A stretch of 62,272 bases of DNA from Candidatus Taenariivivens baikalensis (GTDB lineage Bacteria; Omnitrophota; Omnitrophia; Omnitrophales; Aquincolibacteriaceae): NCBI GenBank assembly GCA_009691445.1, contig SICL01000009.1, positions 1-62,272 on the forward strand, read 5' to 3'. Made by a program: the position numbers and the translations under genes. Position 1 is the stretch's first letter. Each line of letters starts with the position of its first letter. The notes beneath the pieces are model-generated. The model did not search any database and was not told the origin of the DNA. It saw only the letters and a list, made by a program, of their open reading frames with translations. Below, piece after piece: positions 1-9,735 of the stretch.

Positions 1-2500
1 TTTGATAATGTGCGGACTTCCGATGCGCTCGCCTTAACGCTTGCTTCCAATGGCACAGCCGGAAAATTTGATACGGACTCCGAAGGAATCTTTGATGGAA
101 GCCTCACCTCGATCACGACTTCAAACGGCATCGGGCATTTTTATTACAAAGATACAAAAGTGGGAACGCCGACTCTGACGATATCCCGCAGCGGGCTTAC
201 GCAGATCACGCAGCAACAGACGATCGCGGTTGCCGCCGCAAATAAACTGATTATGACTTCGAGCGCTCAAAGTATGGTCGCAGGAGTTGTCTCCGCGGCC
301 GCTTACGATGTGGAAGTGCGTGACTCGTTTGATAATTTGCGGACTTCGGATGCACTTACTTTAACGCTTGCTTCGAATGCCGCAACCGGAAAATTCGATA
401 CGGCTTCCGGCGGAACATTTGACGGAACCGTCACATCGATTTCCACTTCAAGTGGTGTTGGCCATTTCTACTATAAAGATACAAAAACGGGAACGCCTCT
501 GCTCACCATCGCAAAACAAGGCGGTGGTATTACGAACGCCACACAAAATCAGACCATTACTCCGAGTGCGGCCACGAAGCTTATCGTGACTTCCGCGACT
601 CAGACACTGACGGCGGGTGTTGCGTCAGCCGTTTATGATGTTGAAATCCAGGATCAGTTTGACAATGTGAGAAGCGCAGATGATTTGGCTTTAACGCTTG
701 CTTCGACCGCGGCGACCGGAAAATTTGATTCTGCTTCAAACGGCGCGTTTAACGGAACGATTACTTCCGTGACTTCGTCCAACGGCATCGGGCATTTTTA
801 TTACAAGGACACTAAAGTGGGAACGCCGACTCTCACGGTATCCCGCAGCGGCCTTACTTCGGATACGCGGCAGCAGACTGTGGGTCTTGCGGCTGCAAGT
901 AAACTCGTGATCACTTCGACGGCTCAAAGTGTCACTGCCGGTGTGGCGTCGGGAATTTACAGTATCGAAATACGGGATGCATTTGATAATTTACGAAATG
1001 CGGATGCGTTGGCTTTAACCTTGGCGTCCAACTCCACGGGTGGAAAATTCGATACCGCTTCCGGCGGATCCTTTAGCTTGACTCAGGTGACGACGGCAAA
1101 CGGAATCGGGAGCTTCTATTATAAAGATACGAAAGTTGGAACGCCGGTGGTTACGGTCTCGCGCGGTGGTCTTACTTCGGATACACAGCAGCAGACCGTT
1201 ACGGTTGCCGCCGCGAATAAACTGATTATCACTTCAACCGCTCAGAGCATCGTGGCGGGAGTCGCTTCCACGATTTATGACGTGGAAATCCGCGATTCAT
1301 TTGACAATTTGCGGACTGCGGATGCCTTGTCCTTAACACTGGCCTCGAATGCTGCGACTGGAAAATTTGATAGTGCGGCCGGCGGCGCGTTTGATGGCAG
1401 CATTGCTTCCGTGACTTCGTCCAGCGGCATCGGGCATTTTTATTACAAAGATACAAAAGTTGGAACGCCGACGATGACTGTTTCCCGTAGTGGTCTTACG
1501 CAGATGACGCAGCAGCAGACGATCACGGTTGCGGGTGCCACGAAACTGATGATTACTTCCAGCGCTCAAAGTATTGTCGCGGGAGCCGTTTCCACCGTTT
1601 ACGATGTGGAAGTGCGCGATCAATTTGATAATGTGCGGACTGCGGATGCGCTGGTTCTGACGCTTGCTTCGAATGCTGCGACTGGAAAATTTGATAGTGC
1701 GGCCGGCGGCGCGTTTGATGGCAGCATTGCTTCCGTGACTTCGTCCAGCGGAATCGGGCATTTTTATTACAAAGATACAAAAGTGGGAACGCCGACTCTG
1801 ACGATATCTCGCAGCGGGCTTACGCAGATGACGCAGCAGCAGACGATCACGGTTGCGGGTGCCACGAAACTGATGATTACTTCCAGCGCTCAAAGTATGG
1901 TCGCGGGAGTTGTCTCCGCGGCCGCTTACGATGTCGAAGTGCGCGATCAATTTGATAATGTGCGGACTTCCGATGCGCTGGCTCTGACACTTGCTTCAAA
2001 TGCTGCGACTGGAAAATTTGATACAGTCTCTGGCGGTGTGTTTGATGGAACGGTGACGAGCGTGACTTCATCGAGCGGCATCGGGCATTTTTATTACAAG
2101 GACACGAAAGTAGGGGCTCCGATTCTCACGATCTCTCGCAGTGGTCTTACCCAGATCACGCAGGCGCAGACGATGACGGTTGCACCCGCGAATAAACTGG
2201 TGGTGACAAGCACTGACCAGACGCTTATGACGAATGAGCTTTCTACTCCGATTACGGTTGAGATTCGTGATCAGTTTGATAATTTGCGCGACAGCGATAA
2301 TCTATCCTTGAATCTTGGCTCCAGCTCCGTGGGTGGAAAATTTGATACGGTTTCCGGCGGCGCCTTTAACGGCAGCGTTACGGCCGTGATGACCGCAAGC
2401 GGTATTGGAACCTTCTATTATAAGGACATCAACTACGGAATTTCAGCGCTGACGGTTTCTCGAAGCGGGCTCGCCTCTGCGACAGGACATATTCGTGTCA
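1..2500 (+). repeat. Intragenic tandem repeats, ~324 bp period
   Basis: Recurring gggcatttttattacaa and tttgataatgtgcggact; ~80-bp identical tracts, e.g. 1495-1574 vs 1819-1898. Confidence 0.9.
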
Positions 2501-5500
2501 ACAAACTTCAATTGCTGGGCCCGATCGGGGGAGAACTCTGGAAAGTGGGATCCGTCCGCACGATCACGTGGGCAACGGGTCCGGATGTTCCCAATGATTT
2601 GATTGTGGAATATTCTGTGGACGGCGGAAGCAATTGGAGAACTAATCCTGCGGATCAGATTGCAATCGGCCAAGCCACAGCACCGAGCAGTTTCCCGCAG
2701 TGGACGGTTCCTTCTGCTGCGATTTCTGCGCTCGTGAGAGTACGCATCCGGTCCTTATCCGATAACCGGTATTATGATCTTACCAATTCAAATCTTGTGA
2801 TTGCCAATATCAGCCTGACCGCGCCGGTGAGCGGGGATAAATGGCGTGTTGGTACGCCGCATCCGATCAGCTGGACTGTGAACGGATCGGGTATTCCGAG
2901 TGATCTTGCCGTGGAATATTCGATGGATAATGGAAGCACGTGGCAGACCAATTCTGCGAATCAAATCGCAACCGGACAGAGCCCGGCGCCTGGAAGTTTT
3001 CCCCAGTGGACGGTGCCGCTTGCCGCAGTGGGCAATCCTTCGAATCAAATGAAGGTGAAAGTTTATTCCGCAGGCTTCACGGATTTTGCGTCAATCTCGC
3101 CTGTCTTTGCGGTGGCGAAATTGGATATCACCGCTCCGAGCGCGGGCAGTGAGGTTCTGCGCATGACTTCAACGGGAAATAATATTACCTGGAACGCGTC
3201 GGGAACATTGCCCACTGATTTCAAGCTTCAATATTCGATTGATGCGCCGCATAACACGTGGACGGATATTTTGACCAACATTGATCCTGTGAACGTAGCC
3301 AGCTATAACTGGAATCCGATTCCAAATTTCGGGTCGGCTCAAAATGCGGTGAAGATGAGACTTGTCAGTGCTGGAACTTCCGCGTGGGTGGATGATTCCA
3401 ATAATAATTTCACGATTGACCGGCCGATAGTTGCCATCACTGCTCCGAGCACAGGAAACGTCATTGCTCAGGATACGGCTGTTAATATTGTGTGGACGCA
3501 GAATCCCGCAACCCAGGGCGCGATGTCCGGCGATCTGAAAATTGAATTTTCAACGGATAATGGAGTGACCTGGCCTGGAGGATCACAGATTATTGTGGCT
3601 GGAAATGCAGCGAATGGCGGGCCGGTGACAAGCCCGTTCCAGTGGCCGGTTTCCGGAGCCACGGTTTCGCCGACTGTCAAAATAAGGATTACGGATAATC
3701 AGGCGCCGCTCGGATCGGGAACTTCCAATGCATTTAAAGTCACGGGGTCTGTGTCTGTGGTCAAGCCAAATGGAAGTGAGAAATGGGCGATCGGGATTCC
3801 TCATGAAATTACGTGGCAGCGCCGCGGAGAAATTCTTAATATTAAAATTTACACCTATGACACGGATCCGAATGTGCCGGTGACGGTGATTAGCGAATCT
3901 GTTGATGCGAGTCTTGGAAGTATGAATTGGACGCCTCAGGCGGCGGATGCAAAGTCAGGGCTTAAGATGCGGATTATTGATACTTCGGATCCAGATGTTT
4001 CTGATGACTCCGGTGCGGCATTTATTGTGACCAAAATTGCGGTGACCAATCCTGCAGCGCGGCTTTTGGCTGGAGATAATCTGAATGTTTTATGGAGCCA
4101 GACCGGAATTTCTTCTGTGAAAATTCAGTATTCGATTAAGGGAGATTTTACGGATACGGTCACTCTCGATCCGACTCCTGCTGGTCCGGGGAGTTATTCG
4201 ATGGCCGTGCCGCCTGCGACGACTACGAATTTTAAACTGAGAGTCACGGATGCGGTGGCGCCCAGTGTGGGAGATGCGCAGTTAGCCACGGATGATACCG
4301 ACGGCGTGGTGATCTACGGAGGAATTACTTTGACGGCTCCGAATGGCGCTGAGATCTGGCCGATGGGTCAGGCGAGATCGATTACGTGGACCACGAGTCC
4401 CGCGAATGTGAATGTGATCAAGAATGTAAAAATTATGGCCGCCAAAAATGGAAATTTCAATGATACGACAACCGCCGGCAATATTGTCACGGTTGCCGCG
4501 AGTGTTCCGAATCATAATAATCCGGGCGCGGGCGCGGGACAATATTTATGGACGTCTGATTTTACGGGCAGCAATATCAAAATGCGGGTGATGGACGCGG
4601 ATGATCCGAGCCCCGTGCCGGCTCAGGACCAGGATGACTCCAATGCGGTTTTCAAAATCAAGGGAGTGTCCTTTGATTCACCGGTTGGCGGGGAAAGTCC
4701 CGTAGTCGGAACTTCAATGGCGATTACGTTCCGCTTTACCGATACGATCACCAGTGTGAATTTGCAGTATTCCTCGAATGGCGGGACCAACTGGCTCACG
4801 ATTACTTCAGGGCTTAATGTGTCGTCTAATCCGCGCACTTATACCTGGACTCCGATTCCGGATGCGATCTCGACGAATGTGAAACTTCGTGTGCAGGACG
4901 CGAGTGATCCCGCAAATACATTTTCGATATCGGGCGTGTTCAATATTAAGGGAACATTGTCAATCACGACACCGCCGAGCGGACTCTTGGTAGGAAATCA
5001 TCAAACACTTCAATGGACAAGCACGGGCACGATGCCGAATCAAAGACTTGAATACGCCAAGGACGGAAATTTCGGCAATCCGTCAACCGGCAACATTGGA
5101 ACGATTGCCAATCTGGCGGGACTTGCGGGCGGGGCCACTGCCGTGGATCAAAGTTATGACTGGACGGTTTCAGATGCTGTCGGGATTGGGGTGAAAGTCC
5201 GTGTGATGGATACGACGTCACACGCCAACGGTTCACTGAGTGTCAGCAGCACCTCCGGAGCTTTTTCGATCGGACCCAGTTTTGGTTTTACGAGTCCGCT
5301 TTCTTCCTCGGCTTGGGGCGTTCAGGATATTTCACGGAATATTACCTGGACTACTTTTGGATCCGTCAGCCGTGTGAAGCTTGAGTATTCTGTGGATACG
5401 GACAGTAATCCGGCAACGTTTAATAATCCACAGGTGCTTGCTGCGGACATTGCCAATACGGGGAGCTTTAACTGGAATCCCATTCCGGATCTGGTGACGG

Positions 5501-7320
5501 AGGCAGGGCAGAATCCTCAAGTGAATCGAAGTGTTCCTGTTCAGATCAGGGTCACTGATTTGGATGCGGGCCATCCGGGGATCGTGATTATGTCTCAGGT
5601 TTTCGCGGTGAAGTGGTATCAAATTATCTGGCAGGTCAGGGATACGGATACGGGATCTGTTGTCTCAAGTTTGAATGTCCATGATACTTCTCCGTGGAAT
5701 GTGGATAATTTTTCTATCAATCCCGGTGATGCTATGAAAAGAAGTTATAAGTACGGGACTTATACGACGACGTGGAGCAAATCTGAAAATTATCTGGATG
5801 CCACGGTGGATGGGTGGGTGGCAAATCAGGATCAAGACAAACTATTACTGATGCAAAACACACTGCTCGTGAATGTGCAGTACGATGTGAAGTCGGATTA
5901 TAGTTATAACGCGTCGAGTCAGACGCTCTCGTTTCGGTGGTGGTTGAGCACTCGCGGTGTTTTGCAGGTGGATGACGATTCTCACAGGATGGGGGCCGGA
6001 CGGCTGCAGGTTTATGCGAATGGATCCACGGCTCTTCTTGCGACGATCAATGATCCCAATGGTGTGGATGTCAATGGAATGTATTCGGTGGATGATTGGG
6101 TGAATCCAGTGACGAATAGTCCGAATCCCGGAGATCATATGATTAATCCCCGGAAACTTTATTTTGTGAAAACGATTATTACTTATGGCGGACAAGAAAA
6201 GATTGCGGGATTTACGATTGATGTGCGAGCCCAGGATGATATTCAGAATATTGGAAATACGTTGACGACCGCTATCAACAATGTCGTCCCAGCGGCCGTG
6301 GCAGCCGGAATGGCGCCTCTTAGTAACAAGATCGGAGAGGCCACGGACGTCGCAAGTTCCAATAGTCTTTTTGGGAAAATGCAAACCCTGAAGGAGGCGG
6401 TGGGGTTGGCCGATGATACAAGCAGCAGTAGTAGTTTGGTGGGACGGCAGAAGGCGGCCGAGGAAAAACTGACAACAGTTTTGGGCGAGGTCAAGGAGAC
6501 CCTTCCGGAGCTCATCAAGAAATCGGTGGGGGATTCCAAGGGCGGGCGCGGCAGAATGCTTAACCGGAATTCGCGCGTACCTGTGGGGACAACGGCATCC
6601 ATCCGGTTTCAGTTTGATACGGCGACGCATCCGGTGCTGGATATTTATGATCCGGAAAATAAGAGGATTGTGAATTCGGTTCCGCTTGTTGAAATGATAG
6701 GCGCTCCAGGAATTTTTAATTATGATTTTAAAATCCGGAATTCTTTTGCTGCGGGGGAATATACGGTGATTGTCAAAGAGGCGGCGAGCGGGTTTATGGA
6801 TTCCATGATGCTGACCGTGATTCCCGCCTCAGCGGCGGATGACCAGATTGGTTCATCTCTTGTGACCGCATCTTCATCGGCGCAGAACGCGTCTACGGAT
6901 GCAAAACGAGCCTTTGAGGAAGTGCAGGGAATTAAAGATCTTCTTGGTCAGGGCGGGGAATCCAGTATTACGAAGCAGCTTGGAGACGTCACGGGTCTCA
7001 TGAATAATATCAAGAAGACGGTTGCGGCGTTGAGCGGCGGGGCTGAGGCTGGAGGAGAAGGCGGCCCTGCTGAATTGATCACGATCAATACTGTTCACGA
7101 TGCAATTTTAGCGGTTATGAAAGAGGTGCACTCCGTCGCCAGCCGTGAGGGCGTGAATCTTGACGCCGTTTATGAAGGGGTCGCAGCCCAGCAGGAAACC
7201 GCAAAACAAATTCAGAATATGGTTATCGCGACGCAAGCGGCAGCACAGACAACGCAAGCAATCATGGAAAAGGCACAGGATAAGCCTGTGATGACAACAT
7301 GGTTCGAGAATCCGGTCTAG
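1..7320 (+). CDS. Giant secreted/surface Ig-repeat protein, adhesin-like (5' end lies outside the window)
   Basis: Frame is open from base 1. About 8 tandem ~108-aa Ser/Thr/Ala-rich beta repeats (RDxFDNxR...GxGHFYYKDTK) are followed by many PxGGE.W..G...ITW Ig-like modules and a helical C-terminus ending KPVMTTWFENPV. Confidence 0.85.
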   Translation, partial: FDNVRTSDALALTLASNGTAGKFDTDSEGIFDGSLTSITTSNGIGHFYYKDTKVGTPTLTISRSGLTQITQQQTIAVAAANKLIMTSSAQSMVAGVVSAAAYDVEVRDSFDNLRTSDALTLTLASNAATGKFDTASGGTFDGTVTSISTSSGVGHFYYKDTKTGTPLLTIAKQGGGITNATQNQTITPSAATKLIVTSATQTLTAGVASAVYDVEIQDQFDNVRSADDLALTLASTAATGKFDSASNGAFNGTITSVTSSNGIGHFYYKDTKVGTPTLTVSRSGLTSDTRQQTVGLAAASKLVITSTAQSVTAGVASGIYSIEIRDAFDNLRNADALALTLASNSTGGKFDTASGGSFSLTQVTTANGIGSFYYKDTKVGTPVVTVSRGGLTSDTQQQTVTVAAANKLIITSTAQSIVAGVASTIYDVEIRDSFDNLRTADALSLTLASNAATGKFDSAAGGAFDGSIASVTSSSGIGHFYYKDTKVGTPTMTVSRSGLTQMTQQQTITVAGATKLMITSSAQSIVAGAVSTVYDVEVRDQFDNVRTADALVLTLASNAATGKFDSAAGGAFDGSIASVTSSSGIGHFYYKDTKVGTPTLTISRSGLTQMTQQQTITVAGATKLMITSSAQSMVAGVVSAAAYDVEVRDQFDNVRTSDALALTLASNAATGKFDTVSGGVFDGTVTSVTSSSGIGHFYYKDTKVGAPILTISRSGLTQITQAQTMTVAPANKLVVTSTDQTLMTNELSTPITVEIRDQFDNLRDSDNLSLNLGSSSVGGKFDTVSGGAFNGSVTAVMTASGIGTFYYKDINYGISALTVSRSGLASATGHIRVNKLQLLGPIGGELWKVGSVRTITWATGPDVPNDLIVEYSVDGGSNWRTNPADQIAIGQATAPSSFPQWTVPSAAISALVRVRIRSLSDNRYYDLTNSNLVIANISLTAPVSGDKWRVGTPHPISWTVNGSGIPSDLAVEYSMDNGSTWQTNSANQIATGQSPAPGSFPQWTVPLAAVGNPSNQMKVKVYSAGFTDFASISPVFAVAKLDITAPSAGSEVLRMTSTGNNITWNASGTLPTDFKLQYSIDAPHNTWTDILTNIDPVNVASYNWNPIPNFGSAQNAVKMRLVSAGTSAWVDDSNNNFTIDRPIVAITAPSTGNVIAQDTAVNIVWTQNPATQGAMSGDLKIEFSTDNGVTWPGGSQIIVAGNAANGGPVTSPFQWPVSGATVSPTVKIRITDNQAPLGSGTSNAFKVTGSVSVVKPNGSEKWAIGIPHEITWQRRGEILNIKIYTYDTDPNVPVTVISESVDASLGSMNWTPQAADAKSGLKMRIIDTSDPDVSDDSGAAFIVTKIAVTNPAARLLAGDNLNVLWSQTGISSVKIQYSIKGDFTDTVTLDPTPAGPGSYSMAVPPATTTNFKLRVTDAVAPSVGDAQLATDDTDGVVIYGGITLTAPNGAEIWPMGQARSITWTTSPANVNVIKNVKIMAAKNGNFNDTTTAGNIVTVAASVPNHNNPGAGAGQYLWTSDFTGSNIKMRVMDADDPSPVPAQDQDDSNAVFKIKGVSFDSPVGGESPVVGTSMAITFRFTDTITSVNLQYSSNGGTNWLTITSGLNVSSNPRTYTWTPIPDAISTNVKLRVQDASDPANTFSISGVFNIKGTLSITTPPSGLLVGNHQTLQWTSTGTMPNQRLEYAKDGNFGNPSTGNIGTIANLAGLAGGATAVDQSYDWTVSDAVGIGVKVRVMDTTSHANGSLSVSSTSGAFSIGPSFGFTSPLSSSAWGVQDISRNITWTTFGSVSRVKLEYSVDTDSNPATFNNPQVLAADIANTGSFNWNPIPDLVTEAGQNPQVNRSVPVQIRVTDLDAGHPGIVIMSQVFAVKWYQIIWQVRDTDTGSVVSSLNVHDTSPWNVDNFSINPGDAMKRSYKYGTYTTTWSKSENYLDATVDGWVANQDQDKLLLMQNTLLVNVQYDVKSDYSYNASSQTLSFRWWLSTRGVLQVDDDSHRMGAGRLQVYANGSTALLATINDPNGVDVNGMYSVDDWVNPVTNSPNPGDHMINPRKLYFVKTIITYGGQEKIAGFTIDVRAQDDIQNIGNTLTTAINNVVPAAVAAGMAPLSNKIGEATDVASSNSLFGKMQTLKEAVGLADDTSSSSSLVGRQKAAEEKLTTVLGEVKETLPELIKKSVGDSKGGRGRMLNRNSRVPVGTTASIRFQFDTATHPVLDIYDPENKRIVNSVPLVEMIGAPGIFNYDFKIRNSFAAGEYTVIVKEAASGFMDSMMLTVIPASAADDQIGSSLVTASSSAQNASTDAKRAFEEVQGIKDLLGQGGESSITKQLGDVTGLMNNIKKTVAALSGGAEAGGEGGPAELITINTVHDAILAVMKEVHSVASREGVNLDAVYEGVAAQQETAKQIQNMVIATQAAAQTTQAIMEKAQDKPVMTTWFENPV

Positions 7321-8429
7321 TAAAAAAATACAGAAAGCAGAAAGCCGAAGGCAGACAAACCGGAAACTTTTTGTTTTCTGGTTTCTTTTTTCTGCTTCCT
7401 GCCTTCTGCCTTCTGCTTTCTGCTTTTAGTCTTCCCTCCGCTCACTCCGCTATCCCTGAAGTAGATAAAAAACTAGAGAAATTCCAGAAGACTCCTGAGA
7501 GCGGCAGTAAAAAAGCAAATACTGTACATACTCAGGAAGGGGATAAGAAGGTCTTGATCCTGAAGGTGATGGTGGTCAATCCGTCGAAAAAAAATAAGCA
7601 GATATTTCCGATGAAAGCGTATTTGCCTGAAGAGATTCAGCCGGAGCATATTTTGGGGAAAGAAGATCTGGAGGTCGGGTATGACTCGGAAAAGAAGGCC
7701 TATTATATGACGAAACAAATTGAGCTTGATCCGGGCCAGGCGATTGTGAAGACGATTAAAGTGGAAGACATTTGGCAGGTCCCGGAAGAGCAGCTGCATG
7801 AGATGTCTGATGAAGCGGGCGGGTTATTCAAGAAAGTGGTCGGGACGCTGTACGAAGCAAAGGCTCGCCTGCTTTTAAGTAACATGGAAGTATTGTTGAC
7901 GCAGATTTATGAACTTCAGAATGATACGAGTTTGACGCCGGAGGAACATATTTCCTCGTTCAGGGATAATAAGAAAAAACTGCGTGAGATTGAGCTTGAT
8001 TTAGTGGCGCTTCGGAGGCTGGTGTTTCAGTCTACGGGAGAGGGGGCCGCCTCACTTGGATTGGGATCCCAGAAGCAAGTATCAGAAGCCGGGGCTTCCC
8101 AAGGGTTTATGGGAGCTAACTTTACTCCCGAATCGGTGTCCAAAGAAAACAAGGGATCTCTTCCGGAGTGGGTTGCGTGGCGGGCAATTTTTATAATTCT
8201 TGGATTTCTGGCTTTAGGTGCAACCTCTTTTTATTTGATCTGGCATCGTCAGCTTCGAGTGCTTGAGAAACGAAAAAAACAGGAATCCGAACAGAACAGG
8301 CCGCGAAGTGTGTTTGAAGATGTGCTCGGAGGATCTTCTATGGATCCATCCCGGCTTGACGAAAAAATCGTTATTCCCACCGCCAGAATCCCTCCCCAAT
8401 TTCCCAATCAAAGAGGCAGGGTCGCTTAA
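7299..8429 (+). CDS. Exported/membrane-anchored hypothetical protein (VVNPS-type domain, coiled coil, one C-proximal TM helix)
   Basis: Hydrophobic N-terminal segment, globular domain, TM segment WRAIFIILGFLALGATSFYLIW then a basic tail; overlaps the stop of the giant gene. Start codon uncertain. Confidence 0.75.
   Translation: MVRESGLVKKYRKQKAEGRQTGNFLFSGFFFLLPAFCLLLSAFSLPSAHSAIPEVDKKLEKFQKTPESGSKKANTVHTQEGDKKVLILKVMVVNPSKKNKQIFPMKAYLPEEIQPEHILGKEDLEVGYDSEKKAYYMTKQIELDPGQAIVKTIKVEDIWQVPEEQLHEMSDEAGGLFKKVVGTLYEAKARLLLSNMEVLLTQIYELQNDTSLTPEEHISSFRDNKKKLREIELDLVALRRLVFQSTGEGAASLGLGSQKQVSEAGASQGFMGANFTPESVSKENKGSLPEWVAWRAIFIILGFLALGATSFYLIWHRQLRVLEKRKKQESEQNRPRSVFEDVLGGSSMDPSRLDEKIVIPTARIPPQFPNQRGRVA
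7331..7424. repeat. Inverted heptamer tandem array (AGCAGAA / TTCTGCC-T)
   Basis: cagaaagcagaaagccgaaggcaga ... tctgcttcctgccttctgccttctgctttctgc. Confidence 0.8.
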
Positions 8430-8452
8430 AGGGGAAACAGACAAGAAGGAAG

Positions 8453-8594
8453 ATGGAAGAAAAATTCAATTCAAAGAAGATTGAGACTGTACGGCAAAGG
8501 AATGTTTCATCGTCTCGATATTTTCTAGGAACAATTTTTTGCCATGTTTATAGGGATGGAGCGAAAAGTTGATTCTTTCTGCCGTAGTTCTTAA
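8453..8594 (+). pseudogene. Internally deleted four-helix-bundle (23S rRNA IVS-protein-like) gene remnant
   Basis: ATG at 8453 gives MEEKFNSKKIETVR; the +1 frame then gives KGMFHRLDIF*EQFFAMFIGMERKVDSFCRSS*. By recollection these resemble the N- and C-termini of that family. Flanked by gaaggaagatggaaga and ccttccctct repeats. Confidence 0.6.
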
Positions 8595-8612
8595 ACTTGT
8601 TTTTCCTTCCCT

Positions 8613-9428
8613 CTATTCCTCATCCGCCTCTGGCGCCGCGACTCCAACCAATTCAACCGCTTGACCGTATTTGAAGCCTTCATTCTGCATCAGGGAGAGA
8701 ACGACATCCTCCGGTGAGGTGGCGCTCATGACAATATTTTCTGCTTCCGCTCGGGTGTAACCGGTTTGAATCATGCGGCCTACAATGACCGTTTTGTCAT
8801 CCTCGAAATTGTGCCGGGATGCTTCAGAAAAATAAAAGGGATTGTTGGAAAGCGAGAGGGGGAGACTGGGCTCTGGCTCGGAGTCAGAAGATTTAGCCTC
8901 CCCCGGCCCTTCTTTTTTCCCCATTTCTAAAGCGTCGTGCCGGGATTTTTCCGCATCATCTTTTTTAATCTTTTCATTCATCAACTGATAACTTTCTTCG
9001 TCCACGTGGAGTTTTTGATCTGCGGGCTTCGATAAATCGGATTTAAGATCATCCCGCGCCTGTGCTTTTCCCTTTTCATTTTGGAGCGGTGATTTTTCTT
9101 TCTTAAGAGTTTCAAGTAAGGTCGAGGTGGCTTCTTCGACCTTTGCTTGCACCGGGGCCGAGGTTTGGGCCGGCATGGTTTGATTGACATACATGCGTTC
9201 CTGGGTCGGCTGCTCAGTGCGGTCAAAGATCGTATCTACGCGGTCTTGGTAAGAGGTTAAGGTTGGGGCCGGGCCTCCCGTAATGTGATTGATTTGCTCC
9301 AGGCGATTGCTCCTTTCTATTTCATTGCCGGCGTAGGAGGGGGAGGAAAGAAGGCCGAGGGAAGAGAGAAGAAAGATGGAACAGAGAAGAGGGAAAAGAA
9401 TTTTGTCTTCATTCTTCTTTCTATTCAT
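8613..9428 (-). CDS. Secreted hypothetical protein
   Basis: 271-aa ORF with signal peptide ending PSYA, charged low-complexity middle and small helical C-terminal domain. Confidence 0.7.
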   Translation of the reverse strand: MNRKKNEDKILFPLLCSIFLLSSLGLLSSPSYAGNEIERSNRLEQINHITGGPAPTLTSYQDRVDTIFDRTEQPTQERMYVNQTMPAQTSAPVQAKVEEATSTLLETLKKEKSPLQNEKGKAQARDDLKSDLSKPADQKLHVDEESYQLMNEKIKKDDAEKSRHDALEMGKKEGPGEAKSSDSEPEPSLPLSLSNNPFYFSEASRHNFEDDKTVIVGRMIQTGYTRAEAENIVMSATSPEDVVLSLMQNEGFKYGQAVELVGVAAPEADEE

Positions 9429-9477
9429 ACGCTTCGTAGATCGTCAGGAAACCGGTAAACTTTATAAAAAAATCCGA

Positions 9478-9580
9478 AATTGCTTTGCGCCGCTCGCAAT
9501 GACGTGTGTGGGTTTTTGTCATTGGCCGCCCTTCGGCGGACGAGTCCCGCGATTGGGCTGAGACGCGGCAATCTCAGAGC
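9478..9580. repeat. REP-like palindromic repeat (GTCATTGCGAG / CTCGCAATGAC family)
   Basis: ctcgcaatgac...gtcattg...gacgcggcaatctc shared with 14251, 23964 and 46274. Confidence 0.7.
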
Positions 9581-9735
9581 GAGCACAAAGGGCTCCCTTT
9601 TTTGCGAGAGGTTATAAAGTAATTCGCCCTCTGCGTCGATTCTTATTTAGCACAATAAGTAACCGAAACTATCATGCTTCGCTTCATGCCTGCCTGCTGG
9701 CCGGAAGCGAAGAATGACAAATTCAAGGATTTAGA

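Noticed and set aside
1-2500. Possible CRISPR array or DGR template/variable repeats
   Set aside because: The repeats are in-frame ~324-bp protein domains. There are no spacers, cas genes or reverse transcriptase, and no evident adenine-specific pattern.
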